A stretch of 31,803 bases of DNA from a virus (IMGVR_UViG_3300020016_000031:1-31803); one strand, 5' to 3'; positions 1 to 9,238 are shown, counted from the stretch's first letter. Program-made: numbers and translations. Notes: generated from the sequence alone by a model not told the origin.

Positions 1-3
1 GCC

Positions 4-27
4 AAAAAATACCCCGGGGGATATTTT
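4..27. other. Imperfect palindrome AAAAAATACCCCGGGGGATATTTT; possible genome-end/packaging-associated site
   Basis: A-tract/C-run/G-run/T-tract dyad upstream of the first packaging-module gene; near-identical copy at 24608-24630. Confidence 0.4.
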
Positions 28-107
28 CCCTCAAAGTTGACGAGTTTTGACCCCCGGAAAGTGGCCGGAAAGTTCGAGCATCTCCTCGCCAAGTGAAAGG
101 AGGTAGT

Positions 108-455
108 GTGCCAGCAAGGCGAAAGGGCTCGGAAGATCAGCGAACTCGTTCGAAACCAGCGACAACTTTGGAAGCTCGCGAGAACGAAGTGATCTCTGAC
201 GCTATCGACCTTGCGCACAAGCAGATCCAAGAGGGGACAGTGTCCTCGCAAGTGCTGACGCACTACATCAAGCTGGGTTCGACTCGCGAGGTTCTCGAGC
301 AGGAGCGACTGCGACACGAGAACGAGCTGACCCGCGTCAAGATCGAGGCGATCGAGTCGCAAGAGCGGATTGAGGTGCTGTATCGCGAAGCGCTCGATGC
401 GATGCGCTCCTACTCACCCAGTCCAGCTCCTTCCGATGATGATGTCGATGCTTAG
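108..455 (+). CDS. Hypothetical protein, possible small terminase subunit
   Basis: GTG at 108 after GAAAGGAGG; helical/coiled-coil protein at the head of the packaging module; function inferred from position only. Confidence 0.55.
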   Translation: MPARRKGSEDQRTRSKPATTLEARENEVISDAIDLAHKQIQEGTVSSQVLTHYIKLGSTREVLEQERLRHENELTRVKIEAIESQERIEVLYREALDAMRSYSPSPAPSDDDVDA

Positions 456-852
456 GCGGTATTCCGAGCTGAGACGTCTGCAAACCTTCGAAGAGCGGTT
501 CGAATACCTCTCACTCGAAGGCCTCGTTGGCGATACGACTTTCGGGTTCGACAGATACCTGAATCAGCGTTTCTACCGTTCGCGCGAGTGGAAAGACGTT
601 CGATCCTGGGTCATAGTTCGTGATAACGGCTGTGATCTGGGCATTCCAGGCTTCGAAATCTACAAAGATCTGCTGGTTCACCACGTGAATCCGATCTTGT
701 CGAGCCTGGATCTCAATGAGGATTGGGTTCTAGATCCGGAATTCCTCATAACCGCATCGCTCAAAACCCACAATGCGATCCATTTCGGAGACGCAAGCCT
801 GCTCCCAAGGGCTCCTGTGGAGCGAAAACCCGGCGATACCAAACTGTGGTAG
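448..852 (+). CDS. HNH endonuclease (packaging-associated)
   Basis: FYRSREWKDVR..VIVRDNGCD..HHVNP..LITASLKTHNAIH pattern; ATG at 448 overlaps the end of the upstream gene. Confidence 0.8.
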   Translation: MLRRYSELRRLQTFEERFEYLSLEGLVGDTTFGFDRYLNQRFYRSREWKDVRSWVIVRDNGCDLGIPGFEIYKDLLVHHVNPILSSLDLNEDWVLDPEFLITASLKTHNAIHFGDASLLPRAPVERKPGDTKLW

Positions 853-875
853 TCCCCAACGAAAGGATCATCATC

Positions 876-1058
876 ATGATCGACGACGAAACCCCGGTCG
901 ATCCGGACGATCTGGCGCCCGACGCCGACGACGACGGCGATCCCGTGGATGACGAGCTGAAGGAGCTCCAGACCACGCGCAAGAAGGACGTCCAGGACGA
1001 CGAGGTCGACGGCCCCGATCAGCCTCGCGACGCCGAGCACCGGAGGGGCATCTCATGA
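876..1058 (+). CDS. Small acidic hypothetical protein (60 aa)
   Basis: GAAAGGA RBS then ATG 876; Asp/Glu-rich; ATGA overlap with the next gene. Confidence 0.6.
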   Translation: MIDDETPVDPDDLAPDADDDGDPVDDELKELQTTRKKDVQDDEVDGPDQPRDAEHRRGIS

Positions 1059-1555
1059 GCGGCTCTGTCTCCGGCCTCAGTGACGCGCATCGCGCGCACG
1101 CGCGCAAGATCATCCTCCGTGGCGCCAACCTGATGGTCCGCAACAAGGACGCGGTCCACTACTCACAGCGTCCCGATCGCTGGGTCGGCATCGAGCGCGG
1201 ACTCTCCTCGCTCAACGGCCAGTACCCGCGAACCTCGGACTGCTCGAGCTCGGCAACCTGGCTCCTGTGGGACGCCATGTGCCGCAACTACGGCGTCCGC
1301 GATCTCGTCAACGGGCTCAACTGGCGCGCGGGCTACACCGGCACGATGTACACCCGCGGCAAGGCCGTCCAACACGACAAGAACATCAAGGTCGGCGACC
1401 TGATCTTCTACGGCACCCAGGCCGGGAACATCCCGTCCCATGTCGCGGTCGCAATCGGCGGCGGGCTCGTCTTCTCGCACGGCAGCGAAGGCGGACCGTA
1501 CATCCTCAAGCTGGACTACCGCAACGATCGCCGCATGACCCGGCGCTACATCTAG
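1055..1555 (+). CDS. NlpC/P60-family cysteine peptidase (probable endolysin)
   Basis: SDCSS catalytic Cys motif, VGDLIFY and SHVA catalytic His motif. Confidence 0.8.
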   Translation: MSGSVSGLSDAHRAHARKIILRGANLMVRNKDAVHYSQRPDRWVGIERGLSSLNGQYPRTSDCSSSATWLLWDAMCRNYGVRDLVNGLNWRAGYTGTMYTRGKAVQHDKNIKVGDLIFYGTQAGNIPSHVAVAIGGGLVFSHGSEGGPYILKLDYRNDRRMTRRYI

Positions 1556-1591
1556 CGCAAACCACAAGGCCCCATGAAAGGGGGTGAGTGA

Positions 1592-1975
1592 ATGGAAACG
1601 AGTATTCTAAACAGCACTAAGAAGATCCTGGGACTCGCAGAGGACTACACGGTCTTCGATCACGACGTCATCACGCACATCAACTCGACGTTCACCATCC
1701 TCGCACAGCTGGGAGTCGGCGACCCGCTGGGGTTCATGATCGAGGATGAGACGGCCCAGTGGTCGGACTTCATCGATCCCGTCGCGGACCCGTTGTTCAA
1801 CTCGGTCCGGACGTACATGTTCCTCAAGGTGCGCCAGTATTTCGACCCGCCCACCACGTCGTACATGATCTCCTCCATGGAACGACAGATCCAGGAACTC
1901 GAGTGGCGACTGAACGTCGAGCGTGAGTCCACGGACTGGGTGGATCCCGATCCCGAGGAAGAGATCATCGCATGA
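1592..1975 (+). CDS. Head-tail connector/adaptor protein
   Basis: SILNSTKKILG..FDHDVITHINS..LAQLGVG..FDPP..ELEWRL resembles phage head-tail connector proteins; GGGGTGA RBS. Confidence 0.6.
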   Translation: METSILNSTKKILGLAEDYTVFDHDVITHINSTFTILAQLGVGDPLGFMIEDETAQWSDFIDPVADPLFNSVRTYMFLKVRQYFDPPTTSYMISSMERQIQELEWRLNVERESTDWVDPDPEEEIIA

Positions 1976-2880
1976 GCAACCTTGTTCTTGTGGCCATCCC
2001 ATCAGAGGATGACTACGTCTGGAAGATCTCCAGCGAAAAGGTTCCGCACATGACGATCCTCTTCCTCGGGGACGCGATGCAACCGAACGTGGCCAAGATG
2101 ATGGAGTTCATCGGTCACGCCGTCAGCACCGGTGTCTACCGGTTCGGGATGGAGGTCGATCGCCGGGGAACACTCGGCGCTGACCAGGCCGACGTCCTCT
2201 TCTTCGACATGCAGTGGAACGATTGGCTCGTCGACTGGCGGGCAATGCTGCTGAAGGACGACAACATCTTCAAGGCCTACAACTCGGTCGAGCAGTTCGA
2301 CGAGTTCCAGCCGCATCTGACCCTCGGCTACCCGGATACTCCTGCACATGAGGACACGCGAGACTATCCGGGGATCCATTGGGTGAACTTCGACAAGATC
2401 GCCCTCTGGTTCGGCGACTATCAGGGGGTGGAGTTCCCGTTGAAGAACCGGGAGTACGCGGACGTCGCCGTCGGTTGGAGCGAGATCGCCCAGAAGGGCG
2501 AGGACATGCTCGTCCACTTCGGCGTCAAGGGCATGAAGTGGGGCATCCGAAAGGACAAGCCTCGCGCGCGCTCGAGCGCGGACGCGTCGTCCGCAGCCAA
2601 GGCTCATCACAAGGCCAAGGCGAAGGGTCTCCATACGCTCTCCAACGATGAGATTCGCGCGCTCACCCAGCGTGTCGACATGGAGGCCAAGTACAACAAG
2701 ATCCAGAAGGACAACAAGAAGACGACGAAGGGTCACAACGCCGTCAAGGGCGTGCTCGCGCTCGGGGCGACCGTCAACGCCGCGCTTCTGTTCGCCAATT
2801 CACCTGCAGGCAAGGCCGTCGGATCCGGTCTGAGCGCTGCAGCCAAGAAGGGTCCGATCCTGCCCGCGGGCGTGTACTAA
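1972..2880 (+). CDS. 2H phosphoesterase (2'-5' RNA ligase/Acb1-like) domain fused to a HxGxKGMKWG (DUF7211-like) basic domain
   Basis: Two H-x-T motifs (PHMTILF, PHLTLGY) in the N-terminal ~160 aa; MLVHFGVKGMKWG at about 2506-2544; Lys-rich C-terminus. Confidence 0.75.
   Translation: MSNLVLVAIPSEDDYVWKISSEKVPHMTILFLGDAMQPNVAKMMEFIGHAVSTGVYRFGMEVDRRGTLGADQADVLFFDMQWNDWLVDWRAMLLKDDNIFKAYNSVEQFDEFQPHLTLGYPDTPAHEDTRDYPGIHWVNFDKIALWFGDYQGVEFPLKNREYADVAVGWSEIAQKGEDMLVHFGVKGMKWGIRKDKPRARSSADASSAAKAHHKAKAKGLHTLSNDEIRALTQRVDMEAKYNKIQKDNKKTTKGHNAVKGVLALGATVNAALLFANSPAGKAVGSGLSAAAKKGPILPAGVY
2520..2543 (+). repeat. 24-nt exact repeat CGGCGTCAAGGGCATGAAGTGGGG, copy 1
   Basis: Identical to 4727-4750; encodes GVKGMKWG. 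Confidence 0.9.
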
Positions 2881-2889
2881 GGAAGGGGG

Positions 2890-4671
2890 TTGGCGTCAAT
2901 GTTGGTAGAGGCAGGGACGTCAACCTCTGGGCTGTCCAATACAGCGACTCCTAGGTACTACGGGCAGTTCCGTGACGCGGTGATCCGCGGCGAGATTCCG
3001 GTGAATCGTGAGATCTCACTGGAGATGAATCGCATCGATGCGTTGATCTCCAACCCCAACATCTACTACGACGAGCAGGCTGTCGAGGGCTTCATCCGCT
3101 TCTGCGAGAACGAGATGACGCTCACGGACGGCAGTGATCTGCACCTGCTGTTCACCTTCAAGCTGTGGGCCGAGCAGATCTTCGCCTGGTACTACTTCGT
3201 CGATCGTAGTGTCTACGAGCCGCATCCAAACGACTACGGCGGTCGTTACGTAACCAAGACGATCAAGAAGCGGTTGACGGTCAAGCAGTATCTGATCGTT
3301 GCCCGAGGAGCGGCGAAGTCGATGTACGCCGCTTTGATCCAGGCCTACTTCATGACCGTGGACACGTCGACGACGCATCAGATCACCACGGCTCCGACAA
3401 TGAAGCAGGCCGAAGAAGTGATGAGTCCGATCCGGACCGCCATCACAAGGTCGAGAGGACCGCTCTTCAGGTTCCTCACCGAAGGCTCGATGCAGAACAC
3501 CACGGGCAATCGGTTCCTGAGACAGAAGTTGGCATCGACCAAGAAGGGCATCGAGAACTTCCTGACAGGAAGCCTGTTCGAGATCCGCCCCATGGCCATC
3601 AACAAGCTGCAGGGGCTCCGCACCAAGATCGCAACCATCGACGAATGGCTTTCCGGCGATCTCCGGGAGGACGTGATCGGTGCGGTGGAACAGGGCGCGT
3701 CCAAGTTGGACGACTATCTGATCATCGCGATCAGCTCGGAGGGAACCGTTCGCAACGGTTCGGGTGACACAATCAAAATGGAACTCGCAGACATCCTCAA
3801 GGGTGAGTACAACGCACCCCACGTTTCGATCTGGCACTACAAGCTGGACGAACTGGAGGAAGTCGGGGATCCTGCGACCTGGTTGAAGGCGAATCCTAAC
3901 CTCGGCCAGACGATCACCTACGAGACCTACCATCTGGACGTCGAACGAGCTGAGAAAGCGCCAGCGGCACGCAACGACATCCTGGCCAAGCGCTTCGGCA
4001 TCCCGATGGAGGGCTACACCTACTTCTTCACGTACGAAGAGACGCTGATCCATCCACAGCGTTCCTTCTGGCAGATGCCCTGCTCGCTCGGAGCAGATCT
4101 TTCGATGGGTGACGACTTCTGCGCGTTCACCTTCCTCTTCCCACTCCCACGAGAGCAGTTCGGTGTAAAGACTCGCAGCTACATCACCGAATTGACCCTG
4201 ATGAAACTCCCGTCGGCGATGCGCTTCAAGTACGAGGAGTTCATCAAGGAGGGCAGCCTGCATGTCATGCCCGGGACGATCCTGGACATGATGGAGGTCT
4301 ACGACGACCTCGATTCCTTCGTCGAGCAGATGGGCTACGACGTTCGCTGTCTCGGTTTCGACCCTTACAACGCCAAGGAGTTCGTGGCACGCTGGGAGGC
4401 GGAGAACGGCCCGTTCGGAATCGAGAAGGTGATCCAGGGAGCCAAGACGGAGTCGGTTCCGCTCGGCGAGCTGAAGCATTTGAGTGGCGAACGCCTGCTC
4501 ATCTTCGACGAAACACTGATGTCGTTCGCAATGGGTAACGCAATTACCCTGGAGGACACGAACGGCAACCGCAAGCTTCTCAAGCGGCGACAGGACGAGA
4601 AGATCGACAACGTATCGGCCTTGATGGACGCCTTCGTCGCCTACAAGCTCAACAAGGAGGCCTTTGAGTGA
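2890..4671 (+). CDS. terL: Terminase large subunit
   Basis: Walker A-like VARGAAKS, Walker B IATIDE, nuclease-domain GADLS..D and KIDNVSA motifs; exact start uncertain. Confidence 0.93.
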   Translation: MASMLVEAGTSTSGLSNTATPRYYGQFRDAVIRGEIPVNREISLEMNRIDALISNPNIYYDEQAVEGFIRFCENEMTLTDGSDLHLLFTFKLWAEQIFAWYYFVDRSVYEPHPNDYGGRYVTKTIKKRLTVKQYLIVARGAAKSMYAALIQAYFMTVDTSTTHQITTAPTMKQAEEVMSPIRTAITRSRGPLFRFLTEGSMQNTTGNRFLRQKLASTKKGIENFLTGSLFEIRPMAINKLQGLRTKIATIDEWLSGDLREDVIGAVEQGASKLDDYLIIAISSEGTVRNGSGDTIKMELADILKGEYNAPHVSIWHYKLDELEEVGDPATWLKANPNLGQTITYETYHLDVERAEKAPAARNDILAKRFGIPMEGYTYFFTYEETLIHPQRSFWQMPCSLGADLSMGDDFCAFTFLFPLPREQFGVKTRSYITELTLMKLPSAMRFKYEEFIKEGSLHVMPGTILDMMEVYDDLDSFVEQMGYDVRCLGFDPYNAKEFVARWEAENGPFGIEKVIQGAKTESVPLGELKHLSGERLLIFDETLMSFAMGNAITLEDTNGNRKLLKRRQDEKIDNVSALMDAFVAYKLNKEAFE

Positions 4672-5042
4672 GCTTCTTGAACACTCAACAGGAGTTCGAC
4701 ACCCCAGGAGAAGCTCTACTCCATTACGGCGTCAAGGGCATGAAGTGGGGTGTCCGCAAGGCGTACACCACGCGCGTGTCCGCTGCGGCAGCCCGCGATC
4801 GTAAGGTCGGCAACAAGGAAGGCGCCACGCTGGGAGAGAAGATCCAGACGCACGGGAAGACCACCTATCCCGAGCTGATCCGATCTGGTGGCAGTCTCAC
4901 CAAGGCGGCTCTCAATCGCGCCGATCGAGATGAAGCGCATGTTGCGCGGATCAACAGCGGCCAGGGAACGTCCAAGGATGTTCTAAAGATGGTCGGAAGC
5001 GTGCGATTCGCCGACATCGTGCGTGCGCAGAAGCGCGATTAG
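4668..5042 (+). CDS. HxGxKGMKWG-motif (DUF7211-like) small basic protein
   Basis: ALLHYGVKGMKWGVRK; lies between terminase and portal; GTGA overlap. Confidence 0.75.
   Translation: MSFLNTQQEFDTPGEALLHYGVKGMKWGVRKAYTTRVSAAAARDRKVGNKEGATLGEKIQTHGKTTYPELIRSGGSLTKAALNRADRDEAHVARINSGQGTSKDVLKMVGSVRFADIVRAQKRD
4727..4750 (+). repeat. 24-nt exact repeat, copy 2
   Basis: Identical to 2520-2543. Confidence 0.9.
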
Positions 5043-5075
5043 TCCGATTCTGGTGAATTAGAAAGGAGGTGAACT

Positions 5076-6380
5076 ATGGCGCGATTCGGGAGCACATTGC
5101 GACATGCCTGGAACGTCTTCACGAACCAGGAATCCCGAAGCCGAACTCAGCCTTACACCGAGTACTACGGTGCGTCCTACAGCACTAAGCCCGATCGGGT
5201 TCGGCTTCGTATTCCGACCGGGCGGACCATCATCTCCTCGATCTACACCCGCATCGGGATCGATGTGGCTTCGGTCGACATGCGTCATGTCCGGCTGGAT
5301 GAGGAAGGGCGATATTCGGAGGACATCAACAGCGGTTTGAACAATTGTCTCACTCTCGAGGCGAATGTCGACCAAGCTGCCACCCAGTTTCGCCAAGATA
5401 TTGCCCTGACGCTGTTCGATGAAGGTGTCGTGGCAATCGTCCCAGTAGACACTGATGTCAACCCGTATTCCAGCGCGGGGATCGATATCAGGACTATGCG
5501 GGTCGGAAAAGTCGTGATGTGGTACCCATATCACGTGCGTGTGAGCGTTTTCAACGAGAAGACGTCGATTCGGGAAGAAGTCACACTTCCCAAATCCTCG
5601 GTGGCGATCATCGAGAATCCGCTGTACATGGTGATGAACGAGCCCAATTCGACGCTCCAGCGACTGCTCCAGAAGCTCGGTCAGCTGGATGCCGTCGATG
5701 AACAGTCCTCCTCGGGCAAGCTCGATCTCATCATTCAGCTGCCGTACGTGATCAAATCCGAAGCTCGGCGGCAACAGGCCGAGCAACGACGCAAGGACAT
5801 CGAGTTCCAGCTCAAGGGCAGCCAATACGGCATCGCTTACACCGACGGTACCGAGAAGATCACTCAGCTGAATCGTCCGGCTGAGAACAATCTGATGAAG
5901 CAGATCGAGTACCTGACCGCGATGCTCTACGGCCAGCTCGGCATCACCGAGGAAGTCATGCTCGGCACAGCCGATGAAAAGACGATGCTGAACTACTGGA
6001 ACCGCACGATCGAACCGATCGTGACCGCCATGGTCGAAGCAATGCGGCGGTCATTCCTGACGAAGACCGCTCGGTCACAGAAGCAGACGGTTCTGTTCTT
6101 CCGTGACCCGTTCCGCCTGATCCCGATCGAGAACATCGCCGAGATCGCGGACAAGTTCACTCGCAACGAGATCCTCTCGTCGAACGAGATTCGTGGCGTC
6201 ATCGGGTTCAAGCCACACACCAGCCCGAAGGCCGACGAGTTGGTCAACAGCAACATGCCTCAGCCCGATCAGGCTTCGACCGATTCGATCGCAGCCACCA
6301 CGGCTGCATCCGAGGCCGAAGGCGATCCAAGGGCCGAGATCGACAGTGTTCTCGCAGAGCTGGAACAACTGGCCGCATGA
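5076..6380 (+). CDS. Portal protein
   Basis: 434 aa between terminase and capsid; HK97-like portal features (RIGIDVAS, LTLEANVDQ, NEIRGVIGFKP); GAAAGGAGG RBS. Confidence 0.88.
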   Translation: MARFGSTLRHAWNVFTNQESRSRTQPYTEYYGASYSTKPDRVRLRIPTGRTIISSIYTRIGIDVASVDMRHVRLDEEGRYSEDINSGLNNCLTLEANVDQAATQFRQDIALTLFDEGVVAIVPVDTDVNPYSSAGIDIRTMRVGKVVMWYPYHVRVSVFNEKTSIREEVTLPKSSVAIIENPLYMVMNEPNSTLQRLLQKLGQLDAVDEQSSSGKLDLIIQLPYVIKSEARRQQAEQRRKDIEFQLKGSQYGIAYTDGTEKITQLNRPAENNLMKQIEYLTAMLYGQLGITEEVMLGTADEKTMLNYWNRTIEPIVTAMVEAMRRSFLTKTARSQKQTVLFFRDPFRLIPIENIAEIADKFTRNEILSSNEIRGVIGFKPHTSPKADELVNSNMPQPDQASTDSIAATTAASEAEGDPRAEIDSVLAELEQLAA

Positions 6381-6832
6381 GACTTCCGGATGGTTCGGTT
6401 CTCCTGCACGGGGATCTGGAGCATCGCGCTCCCTACGATGCCCGCAAGGCGCATGAGTACTACCTTCGGACCCGCAAGCTGAAGGGGAGGGAGAAAGGGA
6501 CTGAAGGCGTCTCGGACGTGGGATCGACCGTCGTGTCGATCCGAGGATTCAACGCTCCGAAGACGAAGAAGCGTCCGACACAGGCTCAGACCACCAAGGT
6601 GTACATGCATGATGTCGCGATCAAGCTCGCGAAGATCACGCAGGATCTGGATCTGAAGATGCGCAATGCGCATCAGAAGTCGATCAAGATGCCGACGAAC
6701 AAGGAAGGCGAGAAGAAGAAAGAAGAACCCGAGAAGACGGCGGAGGAACTGAAGAACCAGATCTCCAATCTCAAGGGACGTCTGACTTCTGCGATCGACA
6801 AGCTCGAGAAGCTCGAGCCGCCCGCCCCCTAA
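6377..6832 (+). CDS. Basic hypothetical head-module protein
   Basis: ATGA overlap with portal; VLLHGDLEH..YDARKAHEYYLRTRKLKGR N-terminus; coiled-coil C-terminus. Confidence 0.65.
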   Translation: MRLPDGSVLLHGDLEHRAPYDARKAHEYYLRTRKLKGREKGTEGVSDVGSTVVSIRGFNAPKTKKRPTQAQTTKVYMHDVAIKLAKITQDLDLKMRNAHQKSIKMPTNKEGEKKKEEPEKTAEELKNQISNLKGRLTSAIDKLEKLEPPAP

Positions 6833-6877
6833 GTCCGGCTAAAAGCCAGAACACCAACTTCGAGAGGAAACTTCAAA

Positions 6878-8899
6878 ATGGGAGCAAAGGCCAAGCCCGG
6901 CTCAGCGATCTTCACGCTGGGGGGCAGCCTCATGCACGAACGAGAGCCCGACTTCACCGGTTACGTCACCCGAGCCAACATGCGCTGCTCGGACGGCCGC
7001 ACGATCATGCCCGATGCCTTCAAGCATCAGGACAAGACGACGGTTCCGCTGGTGTGGCATCACGGCCACGACGACGCCAACAACGTGCTCGGGCACACGG
7101 TGCTCGAGAACCGCGAGGACGGCGTCTACGGCTACGGGTTCTTCAATCCGACCCCGCAGGGCAAGAACGCGCATACGCTGGTCCAGCACGACGACATCAA
7201 GTTCCTGTCGATCTACGCCAACAAGCTGGTCGAGAAGGCCTCCAGCGTCGTGCACGGCATGATCCGCGAGGTCAGCCTCGTGATGGCCGGTGCCAACCCC
7301 GGCGCGTTCATCGACAACGTCCGGCTGGAGCACTCCGACGGCGAGCGCGTCACGCTCGAGGACGAGGCCATCATCTCCACCGGTCTCGCGATCGCACACG
7401 CCGACTCGAGCTCGTCGAAGCCGGACGACAAGGGCGGGTCCGACAAGACCGTCCAGGAGATCTACGACGCCATGTCGGAGGAGCAGCAGACCGTCGTCCA
7501 CTACATGGTCGGCGCCGCAGTCGAGGCCGCCGGTTCCGCCGAACACTCCGACAAGTCCATCGACGAGAAGAAGAAAGAGGGAACCTGGATGGCGCGCAAC
7601 GTCTTCGAGCAGAAGGAGAAGGAGAAGAACGGCGGGGGCGATGGCAAGCCCGAGCGTCGTCACCTCAGCCACGACGAGTTCAAGGAGATCCACGAACTCT
7701 CACTCCAGCACGGGACGCTCAAGCAGGGCGTGGAGGCGTACGCGCTCAAGCACGGGATCGACAACATCGAGATCCTGTTTCCCGACGCCAAGGCCGTCGA
7801 CGCCGTCCCCGACCTCGACAAGCGCCGGACCGAATGGGTCTCCGGCGTCCTCAACGGGACCAAGCACTCCCCCTTCACCCGGATCAAGAACTTCTGGGCC
7901 GACCTCACCCAAGACGAAGCCCGTGCGAAGGGCTACATCAAGGGGTCGATGAAGAAGGAGGAATGGTTCGGAGTCTCGAAGCGGACCACCGGTCCCGCGA
8001 CCGCGTACAAGAAGCAGAAGCTCGACCGCGACGACATCCTCGACATCACCGACTTCGACGTCGTCGCCTTCCTCAAGGGCGAGATGCGGATCATGCTCGA
8101 CGAGGAGCTCGCCGTCTCGATCCTCATCGGCGACGGCCGCGAGGTCGACGATCCCGACAAGATCAAGGATCCGATCGGCGCCACCGACGGCACCGGCATC
8201 CGCTCGATCATCAACGATCACGAGCTGTACGCCGCGACGATCAACGTCAACATCGACGACGCCAACTCCAAGCCGGAGGAGATCGTCGAGGCCGTCATGT
8301 ACGGCATGGAGCTCTACAAGGGCTCCGGCGCGCCGACGTTCTACACCACGCTCAAGAACCAGACCTGGCTGCTGCTGGCGAAGGACAACATGGGCCGTCG
8401 CTTCTGGAACACGCCCCAGGAGCTGGCCAACGCGATGGGCGTCCGCAACATCGTGGCCGTCGAGCCGATGGACCGCGTCCCGGACGTGTTCGGCATCATC
8501 GTCAACCTGTCGGACTACACGGTCGGCACGGACAAGGGCGGCGACGTCACGCTGTTCGACGACTTCAACATCGACTACAACCAGTACACCTACCTGCTCG
8601 AGACGCGGCTCTCGGGCGCGCTCACGAAGATCCGCTCGGCACTCGTCGTCCGCAAGACCGCGGCCGCCAACGTGCTCGTCGCTCCCGAGGAGCCCGACTT
8701 CGACGGCACCACGATCACGCCCAAGACGACGGCCGGTGTCACCTACAAGCGGGCCGACACCAACGCGGTCGTCACGACGGCGGCTCCGATCGCCCTCGCC
8801 GACGGCGACTCCCTGAAGATCTACGCCACGCCGAACGCGGGCAAGTACTTCGCGGACGACCAGCACGACGAGTGGACGTTCAAGAACGAAGCCGGATGA
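6878..8899 (+). CDS. Fused prohead protease / scaffold / major capsid protein (HK97 fold)
   Basis: N-terminal HK97-type protease (VPLVWHHGH, LSIYA, REVSLV..GANPGA), charged linker, C-terminal capsid domain; strongly optimised codons. Confidence 0.88.
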   Translation: MGAKAKPGSAIFTLGGSLMHEREPDFTGYVTRANMRCSDGRTIMPDAFKHQDKTTVPLVWHHGHDDANNVLGHTVLENREDGVYGYGFFNPTPQGKNAHTLVQHDDIKFLSIYANKLVEKASSVVHGMIREVSLVMAGANPGAFIDNVRLEHSDGERVTLEDEAIISTGLAIAHADSSSSKPDDKGGSDKTVQEIYDAMSEEQQTVVHYMVGAAVEAAGSAEHSDKSIDEKKKEGTWMARNVFEQKEKEKNGGGDGKPERRHLSHDEFKEIHELSLQHGTLKQGVEAYALKHGIDNIEILFPDAKAVDAVPDLDKRRTEWVSGVLNGTKHSPFTRIKNFWADLTQDEARAKGYIKGSMKKEEWFGVSKRTTGPATAYKKQKLDRDDILDITDFDVVAFLKGEMRIMLDEELAVSILIGDGREVDDPDKIKDPIGATDGTGIRSIINDHELYAATINVNIDDANSKPEEIVEAVMYGMELYKGSGAPTFYTTLKNQTWLLLAKDNMGRRFWNTPQELANAMGVRNIVAVEPMDRVPDVFGIIVNLSDYTVGTDKGGDVTLFDDFNIDYNQYTYLLETRLSGALTKIRSALVVRKTAAANVLVAPEEPDFDGTTITPKTTAGVTYKRADTNAVVTTAAPIALADGDSLKIYATPNAGKYFADDQHDEWTFKNEAG

Positions 8900-8914
8900 T
8901 CTGACGCAGATCTG

Positions 8915-9238
8915 ATGGCGCGGTTCTATGGTCGCGTCGGGTACGGCTCTTCTGAGGAATCCGCACCCGGCGTGTGGACTGACACGATTGTTGAGCGCTC
9001 ATATTTCGGTGACGTCGTCCGGAATACGAGGCATTCTTCCGAAGGGGAGAACCTCAACAGCGAGATCACGGTGCGTAATTCGGTCAGTATCGTGGCCGAC
9101 GACTACGCCACAAGCCATATCCAAGCCATCAAATACGTGGAATATTCGGGGACTCTGTGGACGGTTTCTGACGTCGAAGTGCAGCGTCCCCGACTTATTC
9201 TGAGGCTAGGGGAGGTCTATAATGGCCCCACGCCTTGA
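8915..9238 (+). CDS. Head-to-tail stopper / head closure protein
   Basis: 107 aa beta-rich protein after the capsid gene (APGVW..YFGDV..ISIVAD-like..RPRLIL). Confidence 0.65.
   Translation: MARFYGRVGYGSSEESAPGVWTDTIVERSYFGDVVRNTRHSSEGENLNSEITVRNSVSIVADDYATSHIQAIKYVEYSGTLWTVSDVEVQRPRLILRLGEVYNGPTP

Noticed and set aside
3016-4479. 487-aa minus-strand ORF opposite the terminase (similarly 7700-8866, 9366-10388, 17654-19072)
   Set aside because: Antisense shadow ORFs caused by strong GC3 codon bias; no recognisable motifs and they fully overlap well-supported + strand genes
2520-4750. 24-nt exact repeat considered as a DGR template/variable pair or att site
   Set aside because: Explained by the conserved peptide GVKGMKWG in preferred codons; no reverse transcriptase and no adenine-specific variation
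7054-8904. 616-aa Arg-rich alternate-frame ORF inside the capsid gene
   Set aside because: Arg/Pro/Gly-rich composition typical of off-frame reading of high-GC genes; no supporting RBS or domain
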